Positions 35,916-48,202 of a stretch of DNA of 64,000 nt are shown here, piece after piece. The stretch is from NCBI GenBank assembly GCA_973895155.1, contig OZ316894.1, positions 5,934,368-5,998,367 on the forward strand, in the 5' to 3' direction. The stretch comes from Marsupella aquatica. Taxonomy: Eukaryota; Plantae; Marchantiophyta. How positions within the stretch are numbered: the first letter of the stretch is position 1; each line of letters opens with the position of its first letter. Under the pieces are notes generated by a model that worked only from the letters and a program-made list of their open reading frames with translations, was not told where the DNA came from and did no database searches. The position numbers were made by a program, and so were the translations under genes.

Positions 35916-37770
35916 AAGACTCATTTGTGAACAAAAGAAAATACACTTTTAATGAATAGGTTGATCTAGGCCCTCAGGTCTGATTGCCACTCGGGCCACA
36001 ACTTGTGCGCCAAGCGTCCGTTGCCAATGGCATCAACTCCATTGGCCTTGGGCCCAAGAGGAGCTCATTCCCAAGCCCTCAGAACTCAAAGCCCATCCGA
36101 TGGTCCGAACGGCCACCCTTGAGCCCGGCCCATTTCCCCTTGACCCAACCAGCCATAGGCTAGTCCAAGTCCTTAGTGTGTGTCCCCAGCTTGGCCCCTT
36201 GCCTCGCTAGTGCCACGTCTCATTGCCCACCAGTCTCCCCATGCTAAGTCCTCCCCCGGATGGCCTATCCGAGCCTGGACCATAAGGGAGCTCGGTGTCG
36301 GAGCCAGCGACGCCGGAGCTAAGTGTTAAGGTAGTCGAGTTCTGCAACTAGGTCTAAATTAAGGTTTGAAAGAGACCTCTAGCCAGTCAGGGTAAAGCCT
36401 GTCATGTATTTGTTCCTTCAGTAGCCTAGTTTTGCTAATTAGGGGACTTGGAAAGAAAAACTTAGTTGAAGCAATAAATTTGGATGTTTAAGAATAAAAT
36501 GGTGAGAGTGATTAGCCAGCAGAACTGAGAGACTTGATGTTGTATGATGAAAATTATGGGATTGAAGTCACATATCACGGGGTCTCATATCACGTGCAAA
36601 GTTTTAATCAAAATGCCCCGTGGAGAATTTTCCAACAAAATTTCAGCTTCACCAAGGGTTTAATTTTTTTTAATTCTTACATTGCAAGTGATGAGGAGAC
36701 CTCCATATAGTGCAACCCCAATAAGAAAGATAAGACTTTTTGAATTCAAATAGGAGAAGAAAAATACTGAAATATGTCTTTTCTTATTTTTAGGGTGTAC
36801 CTCCCCTTGTGGCAGCAAAGAAGTCAGTGGACAGCGGGCTTCTTTGCTAGCCATTGCTTGATCCCATGGGTTGATACTTTGGATCCAATGGTCTACTAAA
36901 GCTCTTTGTACATTTTCAGGTGTCTCCGGATCTTGTTTAACTGCCCTTTGGAAAGATCCAATGGTCTAGAGAAAAGACAGCTTTCATCCAACTGTTAGTA
37001 AGAGCAGATTATGGCCTCAATGTCATTTAGCGAACAGATGATGAGATGGCATATTATAGGTTTAGACTAGGTGAGTGACACTAGTTACCTCGAGAACTCC
37101 ATGATGGAACGTGTGATTTAATACATTCTATAATAACACGTGCCATAAGCACCTAAGATTGTATTTCATCAAACTTGAGGAACACCTGAAATTTGTGATG
37201 ACCAACAAAATTGTTGGTCTGTCTTGCAGAAGAAGCCACACTGTAAGCACAAACTGCGATCCGGTAATGATCCCTTAGCAAGTCCTTCCGTTTCACTTGT
37301 TTACAAACGAATGATGACTTTTCCAGTCAAAACCCAAAATGCGATGTGTACTGTAGATATATTGCATTGCTCTATATATTGACGCCGGTTTCTTTCCCTA
37401 CTGGACTACTCAATAATATGGCACCAAGGTTTTGGCTCATGGTCGAGGCATTTAATCGAAGAGTGTTTCGTGTTCTGGTCCCACACAATTCTCCTCAAGA
37501 ATCATAATTCAAAATTGGGGACCGATCTGTTTCTACAGCTATCGTTCTGCTCAACATCTATCTAAAATTGAAGATCCTTGCGGTGCTGCTGTGCAATGTT
37601 GACTGATTGCCTGGTCCAAAATGAACAATCGATGTGGCGCGTGTGTCTAAAGAATTTTACAGCGGACTGTCACCATAAGTAGAGTTCCTAAATCGAGGTT
37701 GCTTTGCCCGCGTAGTGATGGACGTAACTGTTACGTGAGTTGAATGATTAATGTAATAGACATGTACATA

Positions 37771-39477
37771 CTACGAGTCCCAAACGGGACCGAAAGCTGG
37801 TATGCCAACAGCTTTGCATCCATTCACAATTTCGTTTGTGCCGAACGGATTGCTTGTGACAGTGACCACTTGAGCCTTCCATTCAATCGCCTTCTTCACA
37901 ACCAATTCTACGGTATTGGGCCTCCCAGACACGGCCGTGTCAATCACGGTGATTCTTTCAGGCGGCGCGTCATAGACAGCCTTCCAGATATCGTCGCCAA
38001 AGCTCTCTCTGATGCTCTTTGCGATCCAGATGAGGTGCGCATCTGTTCTCGTTGGTTGTAGTAGGAAAGACATGAACACACCTATTCCCGCGCCGGTGGA
38101 TACCTGAAGGACCCTCTGGTACAGGTGCGTGAGGTAGGGGAGACCCGCGAAATGGAAGGTCCGAACCCAGAGGTGGGTGGGAGGCTTCTCCACGAGAGAC
38201 TTGGTGAAGTCCCCGACTGCGCTAGCCAAAAGGGTGTGTCTCTGCTGTCCATCCGAAATGATCCCGAACGCATGCCACTCTGAGAATGGAGAGGGACTGA
38301 CTCTGGCCAGCAGCCCGGGCTTCACACCGCCTTTGAAATGGAGCAGGGTGTTGCGCTTGGAGGTTGTCACTACAGCGTCCACTGCCACTCTCCTCACGCT
38401 GAGCCACGGGAGAATGAGCATGATCGTCGTCGCCACGGTCAACCACAGGGCCTCCTTCTTCACCAGCTCGTGACGCGAGAGGTTCGTGATCTTGTACGAT
38501 CTTGTGGAAGGGACCCAGAAGCTCTCAAGCATGACATATGCCCATACCAGACCCACCGCGCTCCATCCTGCAAACCTGTGCACCCTCTCAAAGATGTTGT
38601 GGTGGATGTGCCTGACGATTGGGAAGGCCGCCAAGGAGCTCAAGAGGAGTAGAAAAAAAATGCCGAACGCAACTCCAACCATGGCATCGCTAGCGTCCTG
38701 CAGGTTTCGGAATGTCTCCACAAGTCCGTAGGCTAGCCACATGATTGCTCCCAGTCCACAACCTGAGTGAATCCCTCCCAGGCTTTGGAGCAGTGCGGTC
38801 GTCATGGTTTTAAAGATCAACGGAACCCACGAGTGAGCGAGAAGACGGACAGCAAGCCAGAACTGGAAGCGAAGGAACACTTCATTTCTCACCAACACAG
38901 ACATCACGATGTTTCCTAGTGAGAACAGGACAGCTTTAGATCTCGCGTATGGGAAGTGCCGAGAGTCGGCCAATAGGAGGCCAAGGATGTTCAGTAAGAG
39001 TGTGATGAGGTAGAGGCGTTTGTAGACTGAGATCCAGCTTTGATCCAAGATGAGTGTTCCCAAGCGTGACTTGGCTCCCGTGCTTGAACCCTTCGTCTTT
39101 GTGCCCGGTTGTTTCTGAAGCCCATCAGTGGTGCGAGTCTGAATAGCTTGGACAGATTGGCCGGGAGTCGGTTGGAGAAACGGGCCGCAAGCGAATTTCT
39201 GTCCAGCTTCCTCGAGATCCACCTTCTGCGACCACTCTGATGCTTGACTCTCAAATGATCGGTCCAGAGCATCCTCAAATGCATCCTCGTCATGCACAGG
39301 CATTGCTTGAGCAAAGTCGCGTGAGTTACTCTTGCTGGACCTTCTCTCCAGCTCATCTAAGCTGAAATTCGGTGAACTTGCCGCTCTCACCAAATCAAGC
39401 TTGTGGCTGTCAAACTGGGCAGCTTCAGTAACCTGGGCACCCGCCTCCGGGGCATCCACATCCATGCTCTTGGGCAT
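37771..39477 (-). CDS. Intronless membrane oxidoreductase: ferric-reductase-like TM domain plus FNR-like FAD/NAD(P)H domain (plant 'adenylate-forming reductase-like' family)
   Basis: 568 aa from ATG 39477; several TM helices with GGIHSGCG and RHIHHNIFERVHRFAGW; SEWHAFGIIS (FAD), STGAGIGVF (NAD(P)H), TSNP...PAFGPVWDS C-terminus. Confidence 0.85.
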   Translation of the reverse strand: MPKSMDVDAPEAGAQVTEAAQFDSHKLDLVRAASSPNFSLDELERRSSKSNSRDFAQAMPVHDEDAFEDALDRSFESQASEWSQKVDLEEAGQKFACGPFLQPTPGQSVQAIQTRTTDGLQKQPGTKTKGSSTGAKSRLGTLILDQSWISVYKRLYLITLLLNILGLLLADSRHFPYARSKAVLFSLGNIVMSVLVRNEVFLRFQFWLAVRLLAHSWVPLIFKTMTTALLQSLGGIHSGCGLGAIMWLAYGLVETFRNLQDASDAMVGVAFGIFFLLLLSSLAAFPIVRHIHHNIFERVHRFAGWSAVGLVWAYVMLESFWVPSTRSYKITNLSRHELVKKEALWLTVATTIMLILPWLSVRRVAVDAVVTTSKRNTLLHFKGGVKPGLLARVSPSPFSEWHAFGIISDGQQRHTLLASAVGDFTKSLVEKPPTHLWVRTFHFAGLPYLTHLYQRVLQVSTGAGIGVFMSFLLQPTRTDAHLIWIAKSIRESFGDDIWKAVYDAPPERITVIDTAVSGRPNTVELVVKKAIEWKAQVVTVTSNPFGTNEIVNGCKAVGIPAFGPVWDS

Positions 39478-41795
39478 CCCTCCAGACAATCACTAAGTTG
39501 AGCTTTATCTACAGACTGCGACAGTCCTTATTGAACGCACTTGTGTGCATCAAAGCGATCAGGATAGAAAGAACTCGGGCTAGCTGAGCTCCAGTCTGCA
39601 AAATTTAGTAAACTTACGATCAGTTCAGTCTCAGTCTCGACAATTGAAACTTTTAGCCAGGTTCTACATCAACCTCCTTGACAGACTTCCATGCAAAAGT
39701 CTACATGGACTGAAGAAGTTAAGGTTCAAAAACTCAGTGACATATCCAGCGCATTGGCTCTAATTCGCCTGCAGGTATACCCTGCGCACTCAATTCCGTC
39801 GTAGCATTCCGCGCAAACTACAGGGACACAAGTCATTTCTAACTCTGACGAAGCCAATGCATTGACGTACTGGATAGCCTACTATAATATATAATATATA
39901 ATTATGCACTTCCTTTGTCAAGCATCTCATGCAAAACACGGTGATCGGATAACGACGGTGAGGAAGAGAGATGGGTGCTCATTAATCTCTCATTTTGCAA
40001 AAATGACCAAGTGTCGCTCTTGTTATTTATAGAAAGACGGCCTTCGTGTCCCCATCAGAGCGACCTCCAAATGAACGTAATTTAGTATCACGTCACTCCC
40101 CTGTATGTTACTTAAATATATAGACAATTCACTCACAAAGAAAATAAGCAAAGGTTACACAGTCATAGGAAATGGAACCTCAACAAATGAATGAGGCCAG
40201 ATGCCAATAATTGTCCAAGCTCACATTCTCAATTCGTAGATCAGCTATATAATAACATTGCAGTGACAATTTTCACACTGTAATCTATTCACAGTTTGCT
40301 CCATCATAACCTTGCTAGCTGGTTCAATTTTGTAGCCTATTTTGTCAGTGGTTGTTGCAAAGGATTGCATGCTCATTAGTCAAAAACAGATTATGAGGAT
40401 ATACCCCTTCCATTCTTCAACAACTTTTGTCTTTCCTTGAAATCTTCTACTAACTAAGTATCAACCATAGCATATACCGTTGGGTTGACTAAGGAAGGAC
40501 GGTTTCTGACGTTGCAGGCATACTCCAAGGTTTTGAAAACCCCAATGAGGATATGCCTATGCCTTGTCCACTGTTGACAACGAAGGGTTTTTACCTCGTA
40601 GAATTGTACTGTAGCCCAACATCGATTTGGAAATTGTGTACCCCTTCATGGCCACTTCTGGCAGTGGGTTACAAAGTGAGAAGAGCTCAGTACTTTTGCA
40701 ACGTGGATGGATTGTTGGCAAACATTGAACCCACAATAGGGCTTACAATATTTCTTTTGTACATCACACAGGTAACTTGCCTGGGTCATTCCAACTGGGT
40801 TGTGCTAGAGAACCTCCCTGAGACCCTAGTGTTTGACAAGATGGTCAGATGGACTGCTTCAACCCACATTGACCCCTTTGGAAGGTTACTTGTTACTCAG
40901 ATAGTATCTTTCTTTTACAGAAATTTCAACCTTTTTGGGTGTCAAATAGTCCAACAGAGCCCCGCAACTGAGTCCTGAGGTCAAACGTGCAGTGCATCCA
41001 AACATCCTCTTCAGATTTTTATATTCTAAGATTTAATATATTGTCACTCTTCTTTGGCAATTCAATACTTACTTTGCTACTAGTTTCAGTTTAAACCCCA
41101 ACTACTGGTATTTAACCGACCTTATTGCAATGGTAACCCATCATTCCACGCCCTGGTCCCAGGCACCCCATTTTGCAAAATACTGTTTACTGTGTATAAG
41201 TGCATGGTGTATAAGTGCATTGCTTTGATAGCTGCAAGTTGGTCATGTAGTCCCTTAATATTACAACATTGTTTTTCAAAAATGCACCGTTAGTAAGTAC
41301 AGGTCAATGTCACTTAAAGACAAGTACATAAGTGTATTGCGGTCCATAAGATTTTATATGAGAGTGCATATGCATTTATTAATTACTGCAATGCATACAT
41401 AAAAAGCATTTATTAATACTTGCAGTGGACAATTACACACAGTAGTTTCATGCACATATCCAGTTGAATCATGCACTATGAGGGTTCAGGATATGAGCAG
41501 TCCAATGTGTATGACGTGAAAGACTCCATCCATCTAAAACCCAGGCATGGCACCCTGCACGTAATAAGCTAAGAGCAGCAATTGAACTAGCATCTGCACT
41601 GCTTGAAACTGACATGATAAATAATAGCCATGATTTCCCACATGGCAGTGTAGTCTATGGACAAAGGGATACTTATCCATAACTAGAATTGCAGGAAAAT
41701 CAACACAAAGCAATGAAGGTGATTTGGCTGCCAAAGGGCCAATTAAGCTCCAGTGGTTCACAATTTGAATATAATATATATATATATATATATAT

Positions 41796-42097
41796 TGTTA
41801 GGAATTGACTCGAGTTCCCGACTTAGTTTACTTAGTTTGGCCTTACTAGGGTTAGTTAACCCTGGATTACATTAGGATAAGATCCGCTTTGTTTAGGCCC
41901 ACTCATCTTGGCCCCCTTGGGGGGTATAGGCTGGAGGGAGAGAACTCTCTCCCTCATTCTTCACATGTACTCTCATTTGTTATGGAGCCTTTAGGAGTTT
42001 CTCCACTCGGGGTGTCTTGTTGGTGTAGCGTCTGATTGAGTGAGTCTCTCTCACGTTTCCGCATTGCTGTCTAGTCCGGAGCCGACGGTTTCTTACA
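41796..42097 (+). repeat. 5' LTR of the copia element
   Basis: TGTTAGGAATTG...GTTTCTTACA; nearly identical to 47884-48185. Confidence 0.97.
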
Positions 42098-42099
42098 AT

Positions 42100-42111
42100 T
42101 GGTATCAGAGC
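42100..42111 (+). promoter_or_regulatory. Primer-binding site complementary to the tRNA-iMet 3' end
   Basis: TGGTATCAGAGC 2 nt after the 5' LTR, the canonical plant copia PBS. Confidence 0.93.
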
Positions 42112-43803
42112 TTCATGTTCGTGGTTTGGTGGCTTGGGCAGTGGTGAGAGCGTTCGTTGTGTTGGATCGTGGTGGAAGATTGAATCATCGTCGATGATTG
42201 TGTGATTGTTTCACTGGTCGTTTTGCGTTGAAGGTTTCATGAATACAGTGACGGTTTCCCGATTGAAACTTCAGCCTGGAGTGTCGGATGTGTCTCTGTT
42301 CTTTGAAGTACTGTCAAGAGGACAGTCTAGCGATCTCTTATGCGCGTCGGTGGGCACTACGTTTTGGTGAAGGTTTCACTGCTTTTCATCATTGGTGTGC
42401 CGAGTAATCTTGTAGATTGAGGTTGCTGTTTAGAGCTTGATGCTCTAGGTTATGGCTTGTATATGGTTCGACTTAATCTTGTGTGGGGCCGAAAAAAGTT
42501 GTTTTCTTTGTAAAAAGGTCGTGCGTTGAGGGACCGGTGTTGCAATTTTTTTTCTTTTCGTATACTTTTGTTTGTGCCGCCTCGCAACAGAATACGGCGG
42601 TGCGGACGGGTTTCTTTGCGTATGTGCGGAGAGAGGGCAAAAGGGAGATTTTATTGCCCGGGCACGTTGCCCTATGCGCACGAGTGAGCCAGGAGGGCTC
42701 GGAATACAAAGGATTGAAGGAGGAGCATAGGAGAAAGTCGAGCCCCTGGCCCGAGGCCCTATGAGGTACTAGAGCAGGGCCTTACGTCTGTGCAGGTACA
42801 ATCGTACCTGTAAGTACAGTTTTAAAGTGAGGGGAGGGGGAGTTCAAAGCTCCCTTCTCTTGGGAGCTTTAAGGGGGCCATTGCCCTATGCAGAAGCAAT
42901 AGGAGGGGAAAGGGGAAGCGAGCATACACCTTTCCTTAGGGAGCACTTATTAACATGGGCACGAGGCCCTATGCTTGTACTTTAAGTGAGGAGGGGAGCA
43001 TACGAGGCTCCTTTCACTTTGGAGCCTTTAATTAAGGCTTGCGTCAGGTGGGTGGCCAAGGACACAAAAGGTACTACTGTACCTACACAGTACAGATTTG
43101 GGAGGGGGTACGAGGGGGTATTATATATCCCTGTACTCTGCCAGGTACAGCGTACATAAATCGGTGAACAAGGAGATGGGCAGGCGCGCGACCCTATGTG
43201 CGAGAGTAATTTTTTTTTGAAAATAAATTGAAGGCCGGGAGGACGATTGTAGTCTTTTCGTTCTTAATTTTTTTTGTAAAAGCCAAAGGGTTTTTACTTG
43301 TTTTCTTTTCTTTTCCTTCCGTGTTTGGATATTTTCTTTTCCAATCGAACAGGTGTCAGCTCCACATTCTTTCTGCTGTACATTTCGACTGTACTTTGAT
43401 TCCCTGGAAAAGATACTTTTCCAGAGAGCTGATTTTTGACTGAAAATTTCAATTTTGGCGGTCGTCGAGGCAGAATTTTTTTGCGACACTTTGCAAGTGG
43501 ATACTCAAGGGAGTTGAGCACGGGCTAGTGAAATTGATTCGTGCGTTGCTGTTGCGAAATTTTTTCGGGACCTAAGATACCTGACGGGGGTCAAAACAAC
43601 CATTTTGACCCCCCTCTGGTCCGGGTTGAATAAGTTTTTGCTGAAGAAGTTTTTCGCCGAATTATTTTCAGATCTTGGCAGTGTACCTTGCAGGCTATGC
43701 GGCGGTGCATTCCATTTCCACTTTCGCCAACTTTCAATTTTTGGTGAATTTTTGGGTGGAGGTATTTCGGTTGTGTATTTCCTGTGTGTTTGTGGCATCA
43801 TCA

Positions 43804-46800
43804 ATGACTTCAAGAAAGCTTGCAGCGCCAAAGTTTGAGGTGGAGAAGTTTGACGGGAAGGTCAGCTTCAGCCTCTGGACTCGAAAGGTGACCAATGTCT
43901 TGATCCAGCAAGGTCTTGAGAAGACCCTCACTGGAGTGAAACCCTCGAATCTAACAGATGAGGAGTGGGAGGACATGTCGGTGCAGGCATGTAGCACAAT
44001 TGAGTTGTTCTTGGCAAACAACATTCTCAAGAACGTGTTGGGGATGGATCGGAATGCCAAGAAGATCTGGGATATGCTTACTCAGCTATACCAGAGTACT
44101 TCGTTGACTACTCGCATTTATCACTTGGAGCGGCTGTTCAGGTTGAAGTTGAAGGATGGTGGCAACATGCGTGATCACCTCAGTCTCTTCGATGAGATTG
44201 TGCACGAGGTGACCACGGCAGGAGACAAGTTGACCGATGAGTATCTTGCGATGCATTTGTTGATGTCGCTTCCTCAGACCTATTCAACATTGGTGACGGT
44301 CATCACACATGACAAGTCTACGTTGAAATTGGATGAGGTGAAGGCTATCGTTCTTGCAGAATGGGGCAAGCGACAACTTTCTGCCCATGAAAATGAGTCT
44401 GCTGCCTTAGTGGTTAGAGGCAGATCGACGGAGCGTACTACGGATCAATCTAGATCTAAATCACATAGTAGATCTAAATCTAAGTCCCGTAGTAAGAAAG
44501 TTCAGTGTTGGCATTGCCATGAGAAGGGCCACACCAAGTGGAATTGTCCTTCTCTATCGAAGCAGAAGCGTCCTGCTTCCAATGGTGCGTCCTCATCGTT
44601 GGCTGGTATTGTGATTGCTGATAATGAGGATGCTGCTGAAGTGCTATGTATTGGTGCAGTGAATTCTGTGTATGACAATAAATGGATGTTGGATTCGGGT
44701 TCCTCTTATCATGTGTGTCCAACGCAATCGTATTTCTCCACTTACCAACCTTGTACCGGTACTGTGGAAATCGGAAATGGAGTCCGATGTGCGATTGTTG
44801 GCATGGGGACTATCAAATTCCGGATGTTTGATGGTGTTGTGCGAGCACTGACGCAAGTCAGACACATACCAGACATCTCTAAGAATTTGAGTTCTCTTGG
44901 TGCTTTGGAAGCCGGTGGATCTCATTTCACTGCACGTGATGGTGCGCTCTTTGTCGTCAAAGATGATGTATCTTTGATTAAGGCGCTACGGCAGAATAAT
45001 TTGTACCTCTTGGAAGGAGATGTCATTGCTCCTAGAGTGGAGCATGTGGATTCTGTGGTGGAACGTTCGGATGTAGCGGCAACATCTGCTATAGAGTCAT
45101 CTACGGCTGCTTCAATTGAAGCACCCTCAACATCTGGTCGCACACAATCCATAGATTTGTGGCATGCACGGTTGGGGCACTTGAGTGGTAAAGGATTGGC
45201 AGCCTTGGCAAACAGAGATTTGCTGCAAGGTGCTCAATCTGGTAAACTCTCTTTCTGTGAAGATTGCATCTTTGGCAAGCAGAGGAGAGTGAGTTTCAGT
45301 TCTAGTTCATACCATTCTCATGAAATTCTTGAGTATGTACATTCGGATGTTTGGGGTCCAGCGCCGGAGCCGTCGTTGGGTGGAGCCAAATATTTTGTGA
45401 CGTTTGTAGATGATTACTCTCGAATGTGTTGGTTGTACTACATGAAGGAGAAGTCTCAAGTCTTTGAGATTTTCAAGGAGTGGAAAGCAATGGTAGAGCT
45501 ACAAACTGGGAAGGAGTTGAAGTGTGTTCGGTCCGATAACGGTGGCGAGTATAAGTCCAATGAGTTTGATCAATTTGGTCGGGACCTTGGCCTCAAGCGT
45601 CATTACACTGTACCGGAGACCCCGCAGCAGAATGGAGTTGCAGAATGGTTGAATCGGACATTATTGGAGAAAGCACGCAGCATGCTATGTAAGTCCAAGT
45701 TGCCCAACAACTTTTGGGCTGAAGTTGTCAACCAAGCTGCATACGTCTACAATCTATCACCGCATAGTAGTAAGTTGATGCAGACTCCATTTGAGTTGTG
45801 GTATAAGAGACCTGCTGATTACTCTAGACTCCGAGTTTTTGGTTGTGCTGCCTATGTTCACATTGAGCAGACACACAGGTCTAAGTTGGATCCCAAGTCT
45901 AAGAAATGTATTTTTCTAGGCTTTAGTCCTGGGCAGAAGGGCTATAAATTGTGGGATCCTGTCGATTGCAAGGCAGTTGTGAGCAGAAATGTTGTTTTTG
46001 ACGAAGAATGGTTGTCAAGACCCCGGGATATTCAGGAGGAACAGGTGGAGGAACCCACTACGGTGGAGCTTGGTGGTGATGAGGAAGCTGCTGGTCCCTC
46101 TGGTAGAGGAGCAATTCCTCAACCAAGGCGCTCCACTAGGGCCAATTTTGGCCAACCCCCTGATAGATTTGGTTTTGCAGATCCTCGTGTTCATGTTGTT
46201 GAACATGACGATGATCCCGGTGTTGTTTTGCTTACTGAAGATGGAGACCCCTCTAGCTATGAAGAAGCTATGGCCTCTCCAGAGAAGGATAAGTGGTTGG
46301 AGGCGATGTTGAAGGAGATGAATTCTTTGAAGAAGAATTCAACTTGGCGCTTAACTGACATGCCTCGCGGGAAAACACTGGTTCCGTGTAGATGGTTGTA
46401 CAAGAAGAAGCAGGATGGCACTTACAAGGCTCGCCTTGTGGCCAAAGGGTACACCCAGAAGGAGGGCTTGGACTACACAGAGATTTTCTCACCAGTTGTC
46501 AAACTCGCTACTATCCGTGTTTTACTTGCGATTGTGGCATTCTATGATCTTGAGTTAGATCAGATGGATGTAATTACTGCTTTCCTGCATGGATTGCTTG
46601 ATGTGGAGATTTATATGACTCAGCCTCCAGGTTTTATTGATGAGAAGACCAGACACTTGGTGTGTAAGCTCTTGCACTCGTTATACGGATTGAAGCAGAG
46701 TCCCAGACAGTGGAATAAGAGTTTTGATTCCTTCATGTTATCTCAGGGGTTCACACGAAGTGAACATGATTGTTGTATTTACATGGAGGTGGAGAATTAC

Positions 46801-47816
46801 TCACGCTTTGGTTACATTGTGCTGGCATTGTACGTGGATGACATGCTGATCCTGGCTGAGAATAAGTCTGATGTTGCCCATCTGAAAGCAACGCTGAGTA
46901 AGGAGTTTTCAATGAAGGACTTGGTCAGGCCAAGAAGATACTAGGGATGGAGATTCATCGTGACAAGGAGCAAAGGCAATTATGGTTGTCTCAGAGGCAG
47001 TATTTGGAGAAGGTACTTGCCAAGTATGGAATGGAGAATGCAAAACCAGTTGGTACTCCATTGGCCTCCCACTTTAAACTCTCAAAGGATGATTGCCCTT
47101 CTAGTGAGAGTGATAGACTGGCGATGAAACATGTTCCCTATGATAGTGTTGTGGGTAGTTTGATGTATGCAATGACATGCACTAGACCTGACATTGCCCA
47201 TGCTGTTAGCATTGTGAGCAGATTTATGGCAAATCCTGGTAAGCTTCACTGGGAAGCAGTGAAGTGGGTTTTGCGGTATCTGAAAGGTACCTTAGATTGT
47301 GGGATCTTATTTGACGGTAAAGCAGACTCTACATTAGAGTTGGAAGGTTTTGTAGATTCAGATTATGCTGGTAACTTGGATAACAGAAAGTCTACTACAG
47401 GCTATGTGTTTATGCTGGGTGGAGGTTGTATCAGCTGGAAGTCGGCAACTCAATCTTGTGTTGCGTTGTCTACTACTGAGGCTGAGTACATGGCTGCATG
47501 TGAGGCAACCAAGGAGCTGATCTGGCTACGGAGATTGGTGAGTGATCTGGGTCTTTCACCTGAAAGACCGGTGCTGCTGTGCGACAGTCAAAGTGCTTTG
47601 CATCTGGCTAAGAACCCTGTGTTCCATGCCAGGACAAAGCACATTGATATTCGTTATCACTTCATCCGTGAGGTGATTGAGATGAAGCAGATGTTTCTGG
47701 AGAAGGTGGCTTCAGAGGAGAATGCGGCAGACATGCTTACCAAAGTTTTACCTACCAGTAGCTTTAGTCATTGTGTGGATATTATTAATGTTAGGGCCAA
47801 ACCAGAGACTATGTAG
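43804..47816 (+). CDS. Copia gag-pol polyprotein (GAG, zf-CCHC, PR, INT, RT, RNase H) with one frameshift at about 46923
   Basis: KFEVEKFDG, CWHCHEKGHTKWNC, WMLDSGSSYH, LWHARLGH...CEDC, HSDVWGP, RSDNGGEY, PQQNGVAE, YKARLVAKG, LYVDDML, FVDSDYAG, TKHIDIRYHF; KDLG/QAKKILGM is split by a 1-bp deletion. Confidence 0.95.
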
Positions 47817-47883
47817 ATATGTTACTTAGTTACGTATTGTATTTCACCTGACTCATTGTGTGAACTGGAGTCAAGGTGGAGAT

Positions 47884-48185
47884 TGTTAGGAATTGACTCG
47901 AGTTCCCGACTTAGTTTACTTAGTTTGGCCTTACTAGGGTTAGTTAACCCTGGATTACATTAGGATAAGATCCGCTTTGTTTAGGCCCACTCATCTTGGC
48001 CCCCTTGGGGGGTATAGGCTGGAGGGAGAGAACTCTCTCCCTCATTCTTCACATGTACTCTCATTTGCTATGGAGCCTTTAGGAGTTTCTCCACTCGGGG
48101 TGTCTTGTTGGTGTAGCGTCTGATTGAGTGAGTCTATCTCATGTTTCCGCATTGCTGTCTAGTCCGGAGCCGACGGTTTCTTACA
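47884..48185 (+). repeat. 3' LTR of the copia element
   Basis: Follows the PPT at 47873-47883; ends CA followed by TATAT. Confidence 0.97.
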
Positions 48186-48202
48186 TATATATATATATAT
48201 AT

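Larger units (their letters stand above)
22874..35965. mobile_element. 13.1-kb TIR DNA transposon (DUF7869/Sola-like transposase) carrying ParB-MTase-like and FCP1-like cargo
   Basis: Left end ATCAGCCTATTCATTAAAAGTGTAT (22874-22898) vs reverse complement of right end ATCAACCTATTCATTAAAAGTGTAT (35941-35965): 1 mismatch. Flanked by CTAG at 22870-22873 and 35966-35969 (or a TA TSD if the termini are GATC). Subterminal AAGTGTACATTT repeats at both ends; transposase inside. Confidence 0.92.
41796..48185 (+). mobile_element. Ty1/copia LTR retrotransposon, full length and recent
   Basis: 302-bp TG...CA LTRs (41796-42097, 47884-48185) with 3 visible mismatches; TATAT TSD in a (TA)n tract; PBS TGGTATCAGAGC; PPT AAGGTGGAGAT. 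Confidence 0.98.

Noticed and set aside
40380-41000. Possible decayed coding or TE fragment
   Set aside because: Cys/His-containing stretches on the minus strand could not be assembled into a convincing domain.
43675-43803. N-terminal extension of the 1089-aa copia ORF
   Set aside because: Starts at a non-ATG codon; gag homology begins at ATG 43804.
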